Positions 1-14,284 of a DNA stretch of 64,000 nt are shown piece by piece. The stretch comes from the human T2T-CHM13v2.0 reference genome, Homo sapiens. The DNA is taken from NCBI RefSeq assembly GCF_009914755.1, contig NC_060925.1. One strand, 5' to 3'. The notes under the pieces are model-generated. The model was given only the letters and a program-made list of their open reading frames with translations. It had not been told where the DNA came from and ran no database searches. The translations under genes and the position numbers were made by a program. Within the stretch, counting starts at the first letter, position 1. Each line of letters opens with the position of its first letter.

Positions 1-134
1 ATTCTTCAAGGTCCTGTTGGAATACCCCTCTTCCAGGAAGTTTGTACTGATTCCTTTAGCTAGAAACAACCTTTTCTTGTAGGAAGCTTCATGTTAGGGA
101 CTTTCTTGAGTGTCTTCAGAGCAGACCCTGGGTG

Positions 135-365
135 GCATGGTGGTTGAGACATGAATTTTGGAGTCAGATGCAAGTTTGAGACCTGGTACAACCTCAGAAG
201 AGTGGGATGACCTTGGAGAATGTTACTCAGCTTCTCTGAGCCTCATCTGTGTTTCCTCTACTGCAATATAGGATAATAGTAGAACCCGTTTGCAATGTTT
301 TCACATGAACAGCTCAGCAGAGTACAAATCACATAGTAAGCATATAATGAGTGGCAGTTGCTACT
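135..365 (+). mobile_element. MIR SINE
   Basis: ggagtcagatg...tgaccttggag...ctctgagcctcatctg...aaatcacatagtaagcat follows the MIR consensus order; ends in a (TTA)n tail. Confidence 0.75.
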
Positions 366-1737
366 ATTATTATTATTATTATCACCACCATTAGGGATGT
401 TAGTATCTCTTTGTAGAATTGATTTCAGTCCACACCAGGACATCACAGGGCCATTTGGAGTGTGTCTGTAGCCATAGATGTGAACTTGAAGGTAGGCAGC
501 ACTACCTCACTTAAATCTCTGCTCTGAGCCCCCGGGTAAGGGCTGGGGGCTGGGAGATGCTCTGGTGTCTGGGGTGTCTCCTGCCTTGAGTCAGATCCAA
601 GAAGGAGGCTGAGTGAGGAGGCTGGCCTTCCCCCATATGAGAACCCAGAGATGCCAAGGCCTCCCTCTGTCTGCTCAGTGAAAGGAAGGCTCAGAGCCTG
701 GCGTGAGGTTAATGAGTCGCTCTCACTCTAATAATCTGATAAATGGCTCTTCCTCCCCTGGATCCTCTATGGAACTTTTAGCTCCTTTCTTGGGCTGGTT
801 GCTGCCTGGTGGAGACCTCTGAGCAGGCCATTATTGCTTAATTACTGGCTAAACAGTCTCATTTGTTCTCCATTTGTCAGTGGTGAGTCCCAGCCAGGGC
901 AGCAGAGAGAATTTTGAAATTCCTCATGGAGCTTTGGCTTTGGGAAATAAAGACACCTGTGTCTCCTTCCCCGCTGCCACCCTCTGGCCACGCTGGCCAC
1001 AGAGATGGCTGAGCAGCTCCTGGAGTTAGTGCTGGCTGTTGTCTCTACCACCATCTGAATTGCTTTCTTTGCTCTTCTGTTTGCTTTTTCCTTTCTTGTC
1101 TTGGCCTTTCCACTCCTTCAGCCTGGTGTGGGAGAACTTGGATTCTGCAGCTGGGAAACTTGGTATGAAATCCTGGTTTCTAGATCTACTCAGGTCTATC
1201 CCTGTCCAGGTGGGCGACTGGATCTCTATACCTTTATATGCAAAATATGTGCACTAGAAACACAGTGCAAAGTGGGTGCACTAGCCTCATGATGGCATGG
1301 TGAGCAGGACGTAAAAGTAAGTGGGATGCAAGCAGGATTTCCACTGCCAACTAGGGTTGGGCACATTGTGCAAATGCCAACTTTAATTCTATTTTCCTCT
1401 ACATGCATGACCTGCTTCATACCATTGTGTCACTTCCACAGGTCTCCTTCATGAACATGGAAGGGTTTGGCCCAGATCCCCCACTCACACTGGCACTGTC
1501 TTCCACCTCTGCCCACCCTGTCATTCCCTTCCCCAATGAGGTGTTCTACTTGGATGGTCTGGGTGCAGGAGGAGACATTTTTCCTCTTCAGTAATGCTGT
1601 TGCAAAACCTTCTCTATGCTCTTTTTCCTACACGGAAAATCAACTTGGCAATATGTAGCTCACCTAAAGTGCCAGTACATACTTGGCCAGTGGATAGGCT
1701 GGCTGGGCATCTCCGCTAAGTAAATTTGGGCATTTAA

Positions 1738-2152
1738 GACTGTTGCGAGTTGGGAACTATGGGAAGGAGACTGTGAGTTGGAGCTCAGCATGCAGGATGT
1801 TTATTAGGAAGCCTTTTGGAAACACCACCCATGGAAGGGAGAGGATGGAAACAGAACTGGGCAGAGGGAGAATTTGAGCTGGAACAGAGTCCCAAAATGA
1901 TTTTGGCCAATGGCACTTGGCTAGCCAGAGTTTGAAGGGCTCTTCAGAGTCTGCCCAAGTTGGGGGTGAGGGCTAGGTGTGGGTCTCCCTGGGGAGTGAG
2001 CAAGACTTGGGTGTGGTGACTTTCTCCAGCTGAGGCAATCCTCGAAGGGGGCTGGCAATTAGGATCTGTGAGTTGGTAGCCCTCCCAGTAGCTGGGTGCC
2101 CAGTCTCCCCAGTCTTTCATTCCTGAAGGATTGCCTGGGTAGCACATCACAG
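1738..2152 (-). mobile_element. Ancient ERVL-class solo LTR (LTR33/LTR16-like)
   Basis: agcatgcaggatgtttattaggaag and downstream blocks resemble old ERVL LTRs; subfamily uncertain. Confidence 0.5.
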
Positions 2153-2569
2153 AGCTTAGCCCAGAGGCTTTCGGAAGTCTCCTCTAGGTCAGTCCTACCC
2201 TGACCACTCTGGGACCCAGGTCTGCTTCTCCTGGCTCTGCTGTTCCTGACCCCACTTCCTGTTGGCTGCATCTTTTGTCCCCAGGGTCCTGATCTCTTGC
2301 CTTCAGACCCAACCTGACAATTGGATGTGGTTACTAAGTGCCTGGGGAATTTCTCCCCTGTTTCTGGGCTTCCCTCTGACCCCAGTAAAGCCTTCTCTAG
2401 AGGAAGGACGTGAGCCCTTGTCTTCACCAGCCAGCTCCTGGTTTTTGCACTTATGGAAGGGAGCCATGTCGCTAATCATGCAAAGCAGCAGATAATACAA
2501 AATCATTTACATTTGTCCTTCAGTTGCATTACGTGATTGCAAGGGGATGGAAGAAGTGTAATGACATCA

Positions 2570-2810
2570 AGTAAGTAAGGGCACTCTGGATACAGACTGC
2601 CTAGTGTGTACCTCGGCTCTACCACTTACTAGCTGCATGACCTTGAGTAAGTTATTCAGCCTCACTGTGCCTCAGTTTCCTAACCTGAAACTGAGAATTT
2701 AACAATGGTACCTATATCATACAACTATTGTCAGCGTAATAAATCATGACATATCCAGCCCTTGGAGTGTTGCCTGATTCATAGTAACTGCTCAATAAAT
2801 GTTTGCCTTG
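2570..2810 (+). mobile_element. MIR SINE
   Basis: ctctaccacttactagctgcatgaccttgagtaagttattcagcctcactgtgcctcagtttcc core and ctcaataaatgtt end. Confidence 0.85.
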
Positions 2811-2849
2811 ATGGTAATGTTTGGTAGAAAGTTTTGTTAAAATATTTAC

Positions 2850-3160
2850 TTTTATTAATTTTTTGGAGACAGGGTCTTGCTGTGTCACTCAGGCTGGGTG
2901 CAGTGGTCCATTCATAGTTCACTGCAGCCTCGAACTCCTGGACTCAAGAAATTCTCCCGCCTCAGACTCCTGAATAGCTAAGACTACAAGCGCATGCCAC
3001 CATGCCTGGTTAATTTTATGTTTTTTTTTCTTTGAATTTTTGTAGAGATGGGGTCTTGTCATGTTGCCTAGGCTGGTCTCAAACTCCTGCCCTCAAGTGA
3101 TCCTCCCACCTCAGCCTCCCAAATTGCTGGGATTACAGGGGTGAGCCATCACATCTGGCC
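2850..3160 (-). mobile_element. AluJ
   Basis: Antisense dimeric Alu with J-type gcagcctcgaactcctgg/ctcaagtgatcctcccacc. Confidence 0.9.
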
Positions 3161-5182
3161 CAAATGTTATCTGCCATCAACTTCACTTAATTGGAGTTGA
3201 CCCAGAAGATTTGAAATGGCAGGAGAAGTTGTTCTGGCATTAAAGGACTTCCATGAATGTTACACAAGTAGATCAAGCCCAGACAGCCACCTAGACGGGA
3301 CATTGAGAGGAGTCAGCACCAGGGACAGCTCCCAATCTCCATCTCAAGAAAGATTTTTCCTCCAAAGGACAACGAATCACAGAAACGATTTCAACTGCTC
3401 ATCCTCCAAGCCCCTTGACAAGATAAGCGTCCCCCAGAACTGGGCCCCAAATGTTCATCATCCAGCGATGATGTCTGTGTCTAATCAAGATTGCCCACAG
3501 GAGCCATGGAGAAAAGACTGAAGGAGCGAGAGAGAGAGAACTTAAGAGTCCTGGGTCCGTCCTTACCAGTGCATGTACTTGAGGGGTGGAGATAGGAGAG
3601 GGTCCTCCTCCCATGCTCTGGGGCACCCTTTTCTTATCTGCAAAGCAAAGGAGTTTGTTCTCCCAAGACTTGCCAGGCTCTGGCAGGCTTTGGGTCTGTG
3701 CTGGTCCTCTGGGGATGGAGGCCATGAGTCCCTGGGGCCAGCAGATGGCACCCTCTGTCCTGTGTCCACCCATGGGGCAAGCTTTCCTGGCTGGCCACCC
3801 ACAAGACACCGCTGAGGATCTGAAAGTTGGCTGGAGTGAGTGGAGTCCTTGAACCCTGAGTGTCTCCGCTCTCCATTATTCCTTCATTATCTGCTTCCCA
3901 AAACCCCATCCCCTGCCTCTTATCACCATGGCAGCAGGTGCTGAGGCTGTGCCTGCCTTTGAGATGAATGTTTGTCCTGTTCCTATCTGACCCTGTATTG
4001 CTGCCTGGTCCTCTGCCTTCCCCTGAGAGGTCTGCATTGCAGGGCTTGGGGAAAAATCCACCCAGTTCTTTCTCTCCTCCACCCCTCCTGTCCCCCACTG
4101 TAGGACGTTCTGGGTTGGTCCAGCACAGTGGAGCCATAGGGTAGAAGGGAAAGGGAAGCCCCAGCCTTGCTTCCTGTCCCGTGCTGCTCTTTTGCTCCAG
4201 GAGGGGCTTGTGTTTGCTGGGAGCAGGAGGTGATGCTCTCTGAGTCACAGGAGGTCAAGAAGTGGAAATGAGGTCCTGAGACATGAGGATGATAGATACT
4301 TTAGTCTTGAGTACTTGCTCAGGGCCAAGCACACATCTCACTTAAGCAGACGATGCAGGCACCATCATTTTGAAGTCTATGGCCAGAGAGGTTCAAGTAT
4401 TTAGCAAAGGCCACGCAGCTAAGGAGTAGCAGAGCGGAACATCACACCCAGTCTGTCTGACTCTGGGGGTGAATTAAACAATGTGATGTTGTGGGGAGAG
4501 ATCTTGGCCAAGAGTCAGCCAAACGGTTCTGATCCTGGCTCTGCTCCTGAACGCAGTTGTGTGACCTTCGATGAGGAGCTTCCTCGGTTTCCCCATTGGG
4601 AAACAGAAGGATTGGACTAGGATGCTCTCTAAGGATCCTCCAGCTCTAAGAGTCTATGAATAGACTTTCCCTGAGATGAGAGCTTTTTAAAAACTGTTTG
4701 CAGGAACCCACATATGCACAAACCCAGCCTTATGTACAAATGGAGTAGGCGGCAGCCTGTATGGTGTGAATGATGGCTGCTGGGAAGGGCCCCTGCCCGA
4801 AATATTTCCATCGCTCATCCACTGCCAATGTGCTTGGAGTCTGCCATTCCAGAGCCATGCCTTCACCAAGTTCCTATTTCAAAATGCAAGCACCTCAAGG
4901 CGGCCTAAGAGATTATGTCCTTTATTTCTGGGGGAAGGGAACTTTTATTTTGATGGATGCCAAAACTGGTTTGCATTTCCTGAGTTTAAAGTAATTCTCT
5001 TGCAGGTGAGAGTAGCCTGCTCAGTGCCAACTGGGAGAGCAGAACCTTCCTTCCATTCAGTAGTTGGGAGGGAACTGGGGAGGCTGCTGGAGGATGCCTG
5101 CTGCTTTATGGAGCATCCTCGGCTTTGGCTCCAGGTAGACGTGGGCTTGAATCCTGGCAGCCGGGTGACCTTTTGGGATACA

Positions 5183-5525
5183 CTCTGACTTCCTCCTTCC
5201 TGGAGCCAAGTCTCTCATTTCCCTGGGACTTAGCACACACAGGCTGCTGGAATGGCTTCTTCCGAAAGAGGAGGGATCCAGCCCCACTGAGTGGGTATGT
5301 TTCCCAGGAGAGGCCTGGAGGCTGATGCCTGGGAAATGCCAACACCTCTCCCCTGGCTCCTCTTGGCAAGCCCATCTCTGCACCCCTCCCTGTCTTTCCA
5401 GCAGCCCATTGGAGGCTGATGGACAGGAAGGTGTCATTTCCTCCTCCCACCCAACATCACCACCACTTCCCTCACCCTGTCCCCTCCTGGCTCCGAGTAG
5501 CGGTGAAACTCTTCCCGATGAGGGG
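5183..5525 (+). repeat. Left arm of a ~345-bp diverged inverted duplication (partner 7430-7780)
   Basis: Reverse complement aligns to 7430-7780; perfect 28-mer 5364-5391 = revcomp of 7567-7594; ~85% identity in the core. Confidence 0.9.
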
Positions 5526-5924
5526 TACCTGCACCATCCAGACCCTCTCTAAATGGAGGGCAGCCATGCTTACTGGGGCAGGTAAGATGATGTGGGAGGT
5601 GCCTGGCACATGATGGGTGCTTGATGCATGTTGGTGACACCCCACCCCTTTCTGTTCTCCTTGCATTTATGAGGTCAAGTTAAACATGGGGGGCACAACC
5701 ACATGGTGAGCTTGTGGCTGAGCTATGGCCACACACACTCTTCTCTCTCATAACCCATTGGTCCATTCAGCCCTAGAGATCTTGACAGAGGGCAACTGTC
5801 ACAGAGCCACAAAATAGCAGTAAGGGACATTGCCTGGCACAAAGTAGGTGCTCGAATGATTGTGCTATACTCAGGATAACATCTAGGGTCCTTCCTGGGC
5901 TCCTCTAGCCTCTGTAGGGTCTAT

Positions 5925-6680
<756 letters not shown>

Positions 6681-6716
6681 TGTGGGCAAGACCAGTGTTT
6701 CTAACACAAGTTCTCC

Positions 6717-6735
6717 AGATCTCTAGAGGGCGCCA
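6717..6735 (+). promoter_or_regulatory. Candidate CTCF motif
   Basis: tctctagagggcgcc resembles the CTCF core CCACTAGAGGGCGC. Confidence 0.35.
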
Positions 6736-7429
6736 GAGGCCATCCCAGGGGTTCTGCAGCTGCTCGAAAAGGGGACCAAGAATTTACCTAGGATTAAATC
6801 CATATTGGCTATTGCTTAATAAATGAAGTTTGTTCTATAACCATCCATTCAGAAAACATTTATTGAGCACCTACTATATGCCAGGCACAATGCCAAGCAT
6901 CAGCATTACGACGCTGAGAGAAACAAGCACATTTATGTCATTTTGGAGCTGGCAATGTCATTGGGGAGCTCATGATATTCAGAGTGGGGTCCCAGGGCGG
7001 CTGCACCAACAGAATTTCTGACTCCATCTCCAGATGGTCCTGACAGTTTTCGTCTGCATTTGGAGCAAATCTGCCTCCTTGAGAACATTTCCTTCTTCAC
7101 CCCAGCCTTGGCCTTCCATCTTATAAATGAGACATTTGTACAGGAAGATCCTTAAGAACCTCTCTGGCTCCCACGTTTCCTGGCTCCCGGGGAAGAACTC
7201 AGGAAGACAGAGGCATTGGGTGCTTCTGATCTCAGGAGAGCCTGAGATATGGAGGGGCAGCTTAGCACTGGGGTCCAGATGAGGACACTCTGAGTGCCAG
7301 GCTTGGAGGATAGCTCCTCCCTGATGCCCCCTGTGCAGGGAGATGGTTCTTTTCCTTTATCAGCATCCTGGCACAGCATGCAAGGAGCTGCCTTCCCTTG
7401 AGTGGCAAAAGCCAGGCTGAGTGCCAACT

Positions 7430-7780
7430 TATTAGGAATAGCTTCACCACTACCCAGAGCCAGGAGGGGCCAGAGTGGAGGATGTGGTGGTGATGTTGGG
7501 TAGGGAAGAGAGGGCGAGAGCTTCCCATTCATCAGCCATCAGCCTCTGACAGGCTGCTGAAAGGGAAGGGAGGGGTGCAGAGATGGGCTTGCCAGGAGGA
7601 GCCAGGGAGAGGCGGTGGCATTTTCCAGGCACCAGCCTCCAGGTCTCTCCTGAGAACACACCCACCCAGTGAAGCTGTTGCTGGCTGGATCCCGCTACCC
7701 CTGGAAGAAGACATTGCAACAGCCTGTGCGTGCTGAGTCCTGAAGTGAGGGATTTGGCTTGCGAGGGAAGAAGTCAGAGC
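7430..7780 (-). repeat. Right arm of the inverted duplication (partner 5183-5525)
   Basis: Direct alignment; ORF track also shows matching peptides (PGSSWQAHLCTPP) on opposite strands. Confidence 0.9.
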
Positions 7781-7984
7781 AGAGCTGGAAAGGAAGACTT
7801 TTATGGGGAGAGTGGGGAGGACTGTCTCTATAGAGCCCCACCAAAAAAAAAGCAGGAAGTGTTTAAGTCAGATACTAGGAAGAACATCTCGGCAGGACCA
7901 GTTGTCATTTTATTATCAAAGAGGACTGTGGATACCTGTGTAGAGGTTGTTGTGTCTGATTTCTGAATCATCCATATGAGCTCT

Positions 7985-8450
7985 GATTCATTCATTTGTT
8001 CATTCATCCATCCATCTATCCATCCATCCATCCATCCATCCATCCATCCATTCATCCATCCAACCTTCCATCATCCATCCATCTTACTGTGTGCCAGTGC
8101 TGAGCCCTGGGCAAGGGAGATAAATAAGACAAAGTCCCTGCCCTCCAGGAGTCTGTGAGTGGGACAAGGCACATGCCTAGCTAACTAAAACACACAGCCA
8201 AAGTGGGTGGTGGCATCTTAGAAGGACCAACAGGAGATTAGAAGAGAGACGACACTTGGGACCAGGTGGTCACAGAAGGCTTCCTGTAGGAGGTGGTATT
8301 TCAACTGGGCTTTGCAGTATCTCAGAATACCCAGGAAGACAGGACAATGTAGACACAGACTCAGAGGTGGGAGAGTGCAAGGCCCAGGCAGGAGTGTCAG
8401 CCTACCATGTGGCTGAGGCATGTGGTTTCAGCAGGGGTGCTGAGGTCACC
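7985..8450 (-). mobile_element. L2 fragment with (TCCA)n expansion of its tail (~8000-8085)
   Basis: ttcattcatt/(tcca)n followed by tactgtgtgccagtgctg...aataagacaaagtccctgccctc. Confidence 0.7.
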
Positions 8451-8939
8451 TGACCCTGGCCTTGGCAGGAAGGCTGGGTCACCTGAACCATGTCTAGCCT
8501 ATCAGTAGAGTCCATTCTCCTGGCTACATGATTGGTTCCAGAATGGCATGTGAGCCAAGATGTTCCAATGAGAATCAGCCATGGGATTTTTGCTGGAATC
8601 ACCCTCATCCCTTATGTCATTTACAGCCAATGGAATTATCTTCTACACAGCCTCTGGTGGAGAGATAGCCAGACCAGGAACTGAAGTTTGGGCTTGAGCT
8701 CTGGCTCTGTTCCATGCCCAATATGTAGTCTTGGGCAAACTCTTGCCTCCCTCTGGGTCTTTGTTTCCATGTTTGTAGAAGAAGGAACTCAAGGTAGATG
8801 ACCTTCGAGGTGCTACTAACTTTTTAACTCTGGAGTTGTACATCTCTTAGTCCCATTTCCTCTCCATCCCGATGCCACCATCTTGTGGGGAGGTGTGTGT
8901 TTGGGGAGGAGTTCTGCTGGGTATCTGAGCACACAAACA

Positions 8940-9520
8940 CAAAAACATCCAGCAATTGTTATTATCTGCAATTTCTTGGCTCTTCCTTGCTGTGCTTCTG
9001 CTTTCCTCCATTTTAACAAGATTGGGGGGAAATTGACGAGGCTTTGCATATTGAAAGAAGCTGAAAACCCTGCCTGACTCTCACCCTCCCTATCTGACAG
9101 CAGCTCAGGGAGGATGGGCTGCCTGTCTGCCACTCAGCAGAGCCCAGCTCCAGCCCACAGCATGGAGGCTCAGGGGCTCTGTCTCCTCCTGGCATCTCCT
9201 CTGTCTCTGTTCCCCATAAGACTTGGGAAGTTCATTATTTCCCTGACTGGCTTTTCTGGCGAGACTCAAATTAATTTTCCATCTCTCCTTCTCTCCCAAG
9301 CTTCGCAATCATTAAATGCCAGGGAAAGTTAAATAAACAGCTGATTTACAGAAGCATTTCCTTTCTTTCTTTCTTTTTTTAAAAGCAGGAACCTCTATTA
9401 ATCAGTTGTGCCGAGAGCGGTCTGATTAAGCAGTTCGCGCGCCCTTCAGAGGAGCAAGTGTGGGGTCAGCGGGCCTAGCGACTGGCAAGAGGCTCCTAAT
9501 CTGGGATAAAAATAGCGCAG
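8940..9520. promoter_or_regulatory. Candidate conserved non-coding enhancer
   Basis: Repeat-free; overlapping FOX/E-box/PBX-HOX motif ttaaataaacagctgatttaca (9329-9350), several TAAT cores, retained CpGs (ttcgcgcgccc). Confidence 0.45.
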
Positions 9521-10659
9521 GCCCCTGTCCCCTCCGTCTTCTCCCCACAGAGGGGGGAGGGGGGCAGGCCTTTTCTGCATGGAGGGGCAAAACAAGGCAC
9601 TTGGCTCAGACCTGAGGTCTCTCCACTATCCTGAGCTGAAAGACTTAAAAAAATATTTTCATATTTTCACTCAACTCCGCTGTTACACAGAGACTCAGAG
9701 AGGGGAAGGCACCTACCCTGGGTCACACAGCAAGGTCACGGCAATGCTGGGATTAGGATCCTGAATTTCAGTTTGGAACTAAGGGATGAGGAGGCTTCAA
9801 GATTTGCATGCCTTGAATAATTTGACAAGAAAAGGCAAGCACGTCACATATACTGGCACTGTCAGGGAGCCATAAAGAGAACATGCACAGAAATGCTTCT
9901 GCACACATTCACACACAGAGGCATCCCCAGGTGTGTGTGCACACAAGCACACCTGCTCCTGGAGCTGGTACCTGAATTGAATCTCTGGAGGATACAGTGA
10001 TTTTGCCATCTGCCTGGACTGGGCGTCCCCACCCATAACCCCTTCCTGGACTGTCTCGGGTGGGTGGAGACCCTCTGACCACCCATCTCCCACCCCACTC
10101 AGTCTGGGGCTTTCAGACCTTAAACCCTGTTTCCAGCCTCATTGTGAAGCCAGCACAGCCGGGAGTTCAACAAGCAGAGTCAACAATCCTGGGTCCTGCC
10201 TGTCCCCTCGATGGCTGGTGACTCTGGGCCCCCTGAGACTCACCGAGGACAGTGAATCTCCCCTTCTCTAAAATGGACACAGAAGTTCTTATTTCTCAAG
10301 GCAGTGGTGGGAATTACATAAAGGTTTGTAAAGCACCTGCTTCTGGAATTGTTCAGCAAATGTGTATCAGGGGCCCTGTTCCCCGGGGGCACTCCATCTC
10401 TGGTCTTCCTGCCTTGGCACATAGTAGGTGCTCAGCAAACAGAAGTGGTTGTCAGTATCATTCGCCCATCAGGCATTGACTGAGAATGACCTCATGCCAG
10501 GTGCTGGGGCAGGTGCAGGTTCACAGGCAAATGGCTAGAGGAGTATCGCCGAGTGTCTCCAGGGAGGAGCACTCAGGTAGTAGGTGAGACACACACATAA
10601 GAAAGTGATTCCAAATGACACCCAAAATGCTGTTAAAGATGAAACAGTACTCACAACAA

Positions 10660-10860
10660 TAATTAGAGTTCACATATCTACGTGCTTACTGTACTCCCAG
10701 GGGATGTGCCAAATGCTTTGCCTCTTTGCCTTAAGAGTTTCTCACAACAACCTCATGAGGTGAGTACTGTTATTTCCATCATTTTACAGATGCGGAAACT
10801 GAGGCACAGAGAGGGCGAGTAACTTACCCAAGGTCACACAGCTGGTACATGGTAAAAGGG
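10660..10860 (-). mobile_element. MIR SINE
   Basis: cattttacagatgcggaaactgaggcacagagagggcgagtaacttacccaaggtcacacagctgg. Confidence 0.85.
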
Positions 10861-12034
10861 GTAGTGAAAACACAGTGGAAGCATAACTAACTCCAAAAGG
10901 GGAGTCCAGGAGCGGGACACTTATGAAAGGGAGAGCTTGGAGGTGGGCCTTGAATCCTGAGACCACCCCTGTCCTTCCTTTTCTGCTCATCAATGCCATC
11001 CTGTCCTCTCACTTCTACCCCAGGGAACCAGCCCCATGCTTGACTCTCAAGGGACAGTCACATGACTGTGCTAGCCCTGGCTGATGGGACCCGGGTGCGC
11101 GTCTGACCAATGAGACTGCGATCAGACCCAAGAATTTAAACCCACATAACCAGAGAGCGGGAGTTGTGGTGGCCTCAGACTGGAGGGTCAGAGAGGAGCT
11201 AGCACCAAGGAGAGAAGGAGAGTAGGGCAGAGGCCAGGGGTTGGGGGAAAAGAGGGAATGCACCTGCTTTGCCTCTGATTCCTTACCATTTCTGAGTTCT
11301 AGAGGCCCAGCCATTCTTCCAGCTTCTGGGGTTCATGGGCAACCTACAGCTTGACAATCAAATTCCCTGGACTTAAGTGAAGCTAGCGTGGCCTCCAGTT
11401 TCTTGTCCCCAAATAATGCCAGCCCTAGGGCAGGTGAGTGGATAGGTTGGTGCTGGCCAGAGGAAACGGGAAAGGGCGTCCCTGGAAGGGAGAGGGGCTC
11501 AAGCAGAGGCCTGGACACCTGCAGGCTGCAGGAGGGGTGCGAGGGGGCCGTGGCAGGGTTTTTGGGAACAGATAGCTCAGAGCCTTTGGGACTTTCTGCC
11601 TCAGAGTTTGTGCCCTCCGCCTTGTCACAGAGGCCCAGTAACTCATTTTCAATCAGGCCCCATCCCCAGCACACAGGCAGAGTTAATTAAACATAGCCTT
11701 CCCTTCAGTAAGGAAATAAAAAGCAACCTCCTGATACAACAATTAGTATTTACAGCCCCGCCCCTCTCTTCCTTCTCCTGCCTTCTCCTAATACCGTGCC
11801 TTCATTATCTCAGACTTGGAACCCGCTCTGCCTGCCATCCATAAATTAGTCTGAAGAATTTAGGAGGAGTGAGGGAAGAAGGGAGAGTGCCCTGGGATGG
11901 GGAGACAGGGCCAGCTGCAGCACTGGCGGGAGCCTGAGTTCAGCGGCGGAGAGCCAGGCTGCTGAGCTGCTGGGAACAGGCATATCAACCTTTTTGTTTT
12001 CTCTTCCATATTACAGGGATTATACGGATATATA

Positions 12035-12324
<290 letters not shown>

Positions 12325-13329
12325 TAAAGAAAGTGCCAAGCACAGTGCCTGGCATGGACACATCCAACCTGTTTTCCTCTTGCTCCCACAGCAAGTAAAG
12401 CCAGAGACCTATGCTCTAAACCAGGAGGACCACAGCCTTGCTGTGTGACATCAGATTGCCTGCTTGGCTTCTCTGGGCCTTCACGTAAAGCACGTTTTCC
12501 AGAGAGCTGGAGGGCAGGCAGAAAGGAGCATGTGTTCTCGCCTAAGACTGCTGCGCTCCAACCCTCCCCTGCTCCACTGTTCACTTGCCGTATGAACTCA
12601 AGCCTTTAACTCCACGCTTCTCTTTCCTTGACTGTAGAATGGAGGTGATGCCTGCCGTCCTTGAGGGGTCAAAAGCGTTAGTGTCAGAATGTTCAGAACA
12701 GTGCTCAGCACATGATCTCTGCTTGAGAAATGTCAGCTATTTGTATTCTTATTTTTCATCTGGTCCAGCCCCTGCCACCAGACAGGACTGAAGCCAAGCA
12801 ATGGAGCCTGTTCTTAGAGGTTGAATCTGGAGTTTCCCTCACAAGTGATTCCAGAAAGGAGAGTCCCCCGTCTTGGACCACTGTTGTGAGATCTAAGATT
12901 GTAAAGGTTCAGGTGAGTTCTTTGGTGCCCCAGTTTCGTCTTTTGTGAAACAGAGCTGCTTATGCCTACCACGCAGGGCTGCCGGGAGGATGAAGAGGGA
13001 TAAAGGTGCAAAAGTCCTGTTGTGTGGCTCTTCCCTCCATCGCTGCCACCCTCAATGGACTAACAGGCCTCTACTATCCTGAAAATCTCCAGCAAACCAG
13101 AGCACTTGTTGAGCACCTGCTGTATGTGGGCATCATGCCAGCCTCTGGGACTGGAGGCAGAAGACAAACCTCGAACTGCCTGCTCTCAAGAGCAGAGGTG
13201 CAAACCCAACATACATTAAACCAAAACAGTGGCTTCAGGCTCTGGGATATGATGAATCCTTCCTGGGGACTAATAAATCTACAGCCGAGTGGTGAGATAC
13301 AGTTCCAATCCCCAGAGGAGCTGAAGAAC

Positions 13330-13424
13330 AAGAAAGGAGCTTCTGAGAAATGGATGGCACAGTCTCACTCAGGGGCTGGCGCTGGCCCAGCCATTTTGAC
13401 TGGGAAGTGCACTTTGGGGTCTAA
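13330..13424 (-). repeat. Right arm of the 95-bp inverted duplication
   Basis: See partner; ORF track shows [16 protein letters not shown] on both strands. Confidence 0.92.
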
Positions 13425-14284
13425 CCTGACTCTTTCCTGCTGCAAAAGGATACTGTTTTCTCCTGATCCCGTCATCCCAATGATGGATATTATGAACTAG
13501 AAGCCGGGTTGACAAATATAAGGTCAGACTAGCACATAATTAGATGGACTTCCTTGTGGGACTCAGCAATGACTCAGAAGGCAATTCCCAAAGCAGATCC
13601 GGCCATGTCCGGAGCCCTGGCAGCGCTGAGCCCCCATCATGACACCCTGGAGGGGTGGTGTGGATGGCAGTAGGTGAGCACGAGGCCATTGGTGCCAAGA
13701 TCCATCTCTCTGCTTCACATGTACTCCTTGGAGATGGATTTTCATTTAAAACATAATTTTAAGAAATTTTGGATTTGCTAGAGATGGGGTCTGGACACAC
13801 TCAGAAAGGACAGAATTGTTCTTAGTCTTAGCCCCCTTCCCCAGTTACTAATTATCACTGAGCTAACGATCAGTGAACATGACTGAGCTGCCCATTCAGC
13901 AGTTGGGATGAGCTGCCTTTAAACCTAGTTCAAAATCCACCCCAATTTGGGGAAAGCATCCTTTTGGTCTGAACAAGGCTGGTGAGTAGAACAGCCCATG
14001 GTGAAATGGTTTTCTCTCCTTGCTCCCCTTTGGGATGAATGGCCCTTCCTTCCTCCCTGTCTCCTGGCCCAGCCCCTAGTGTGTTGGTTTGTTCCTGGGT
14101 GATGGGGAGGATTCTCCACTTCCCGGTCACCCCTGGGATGTGTTGCTCAGAAAAGTCCCCTCTTTCTGGCCTCTCCTGGCCGCTGCTTCCTGCTCCAGCT
14201 CTGATTCCTGCCTTCATTTCTGCATCTGGACAGCAGGCTGGGCCAAGCTTGCCAGTGGGGAGTGGTGGCTATGTGGGTGGGCTC

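Noticed and set aside
3399-4258. Overlapping ORFs up to 204 aa
   Set aside because: No recognisable domain; open frames on both strands reflect GC-rich, stop-poor sequence.
5575-5590. Revcomp resembling the U1 snRNA 5' end (cttacctg)
   Set aside because: Just a 5' splice-site-like 9-mer; no further U1 homology.
9410-9520. Possible CpG island
   Set aside because: Too short and too few CpGs; treated as part of an enhancer candidate.
13006-13500. 164-aa ORF sharing a peptide with ORF 11860-12210
   Set aside because: The similarity comes from the DNA inverted duplication, not from paralogous genes.
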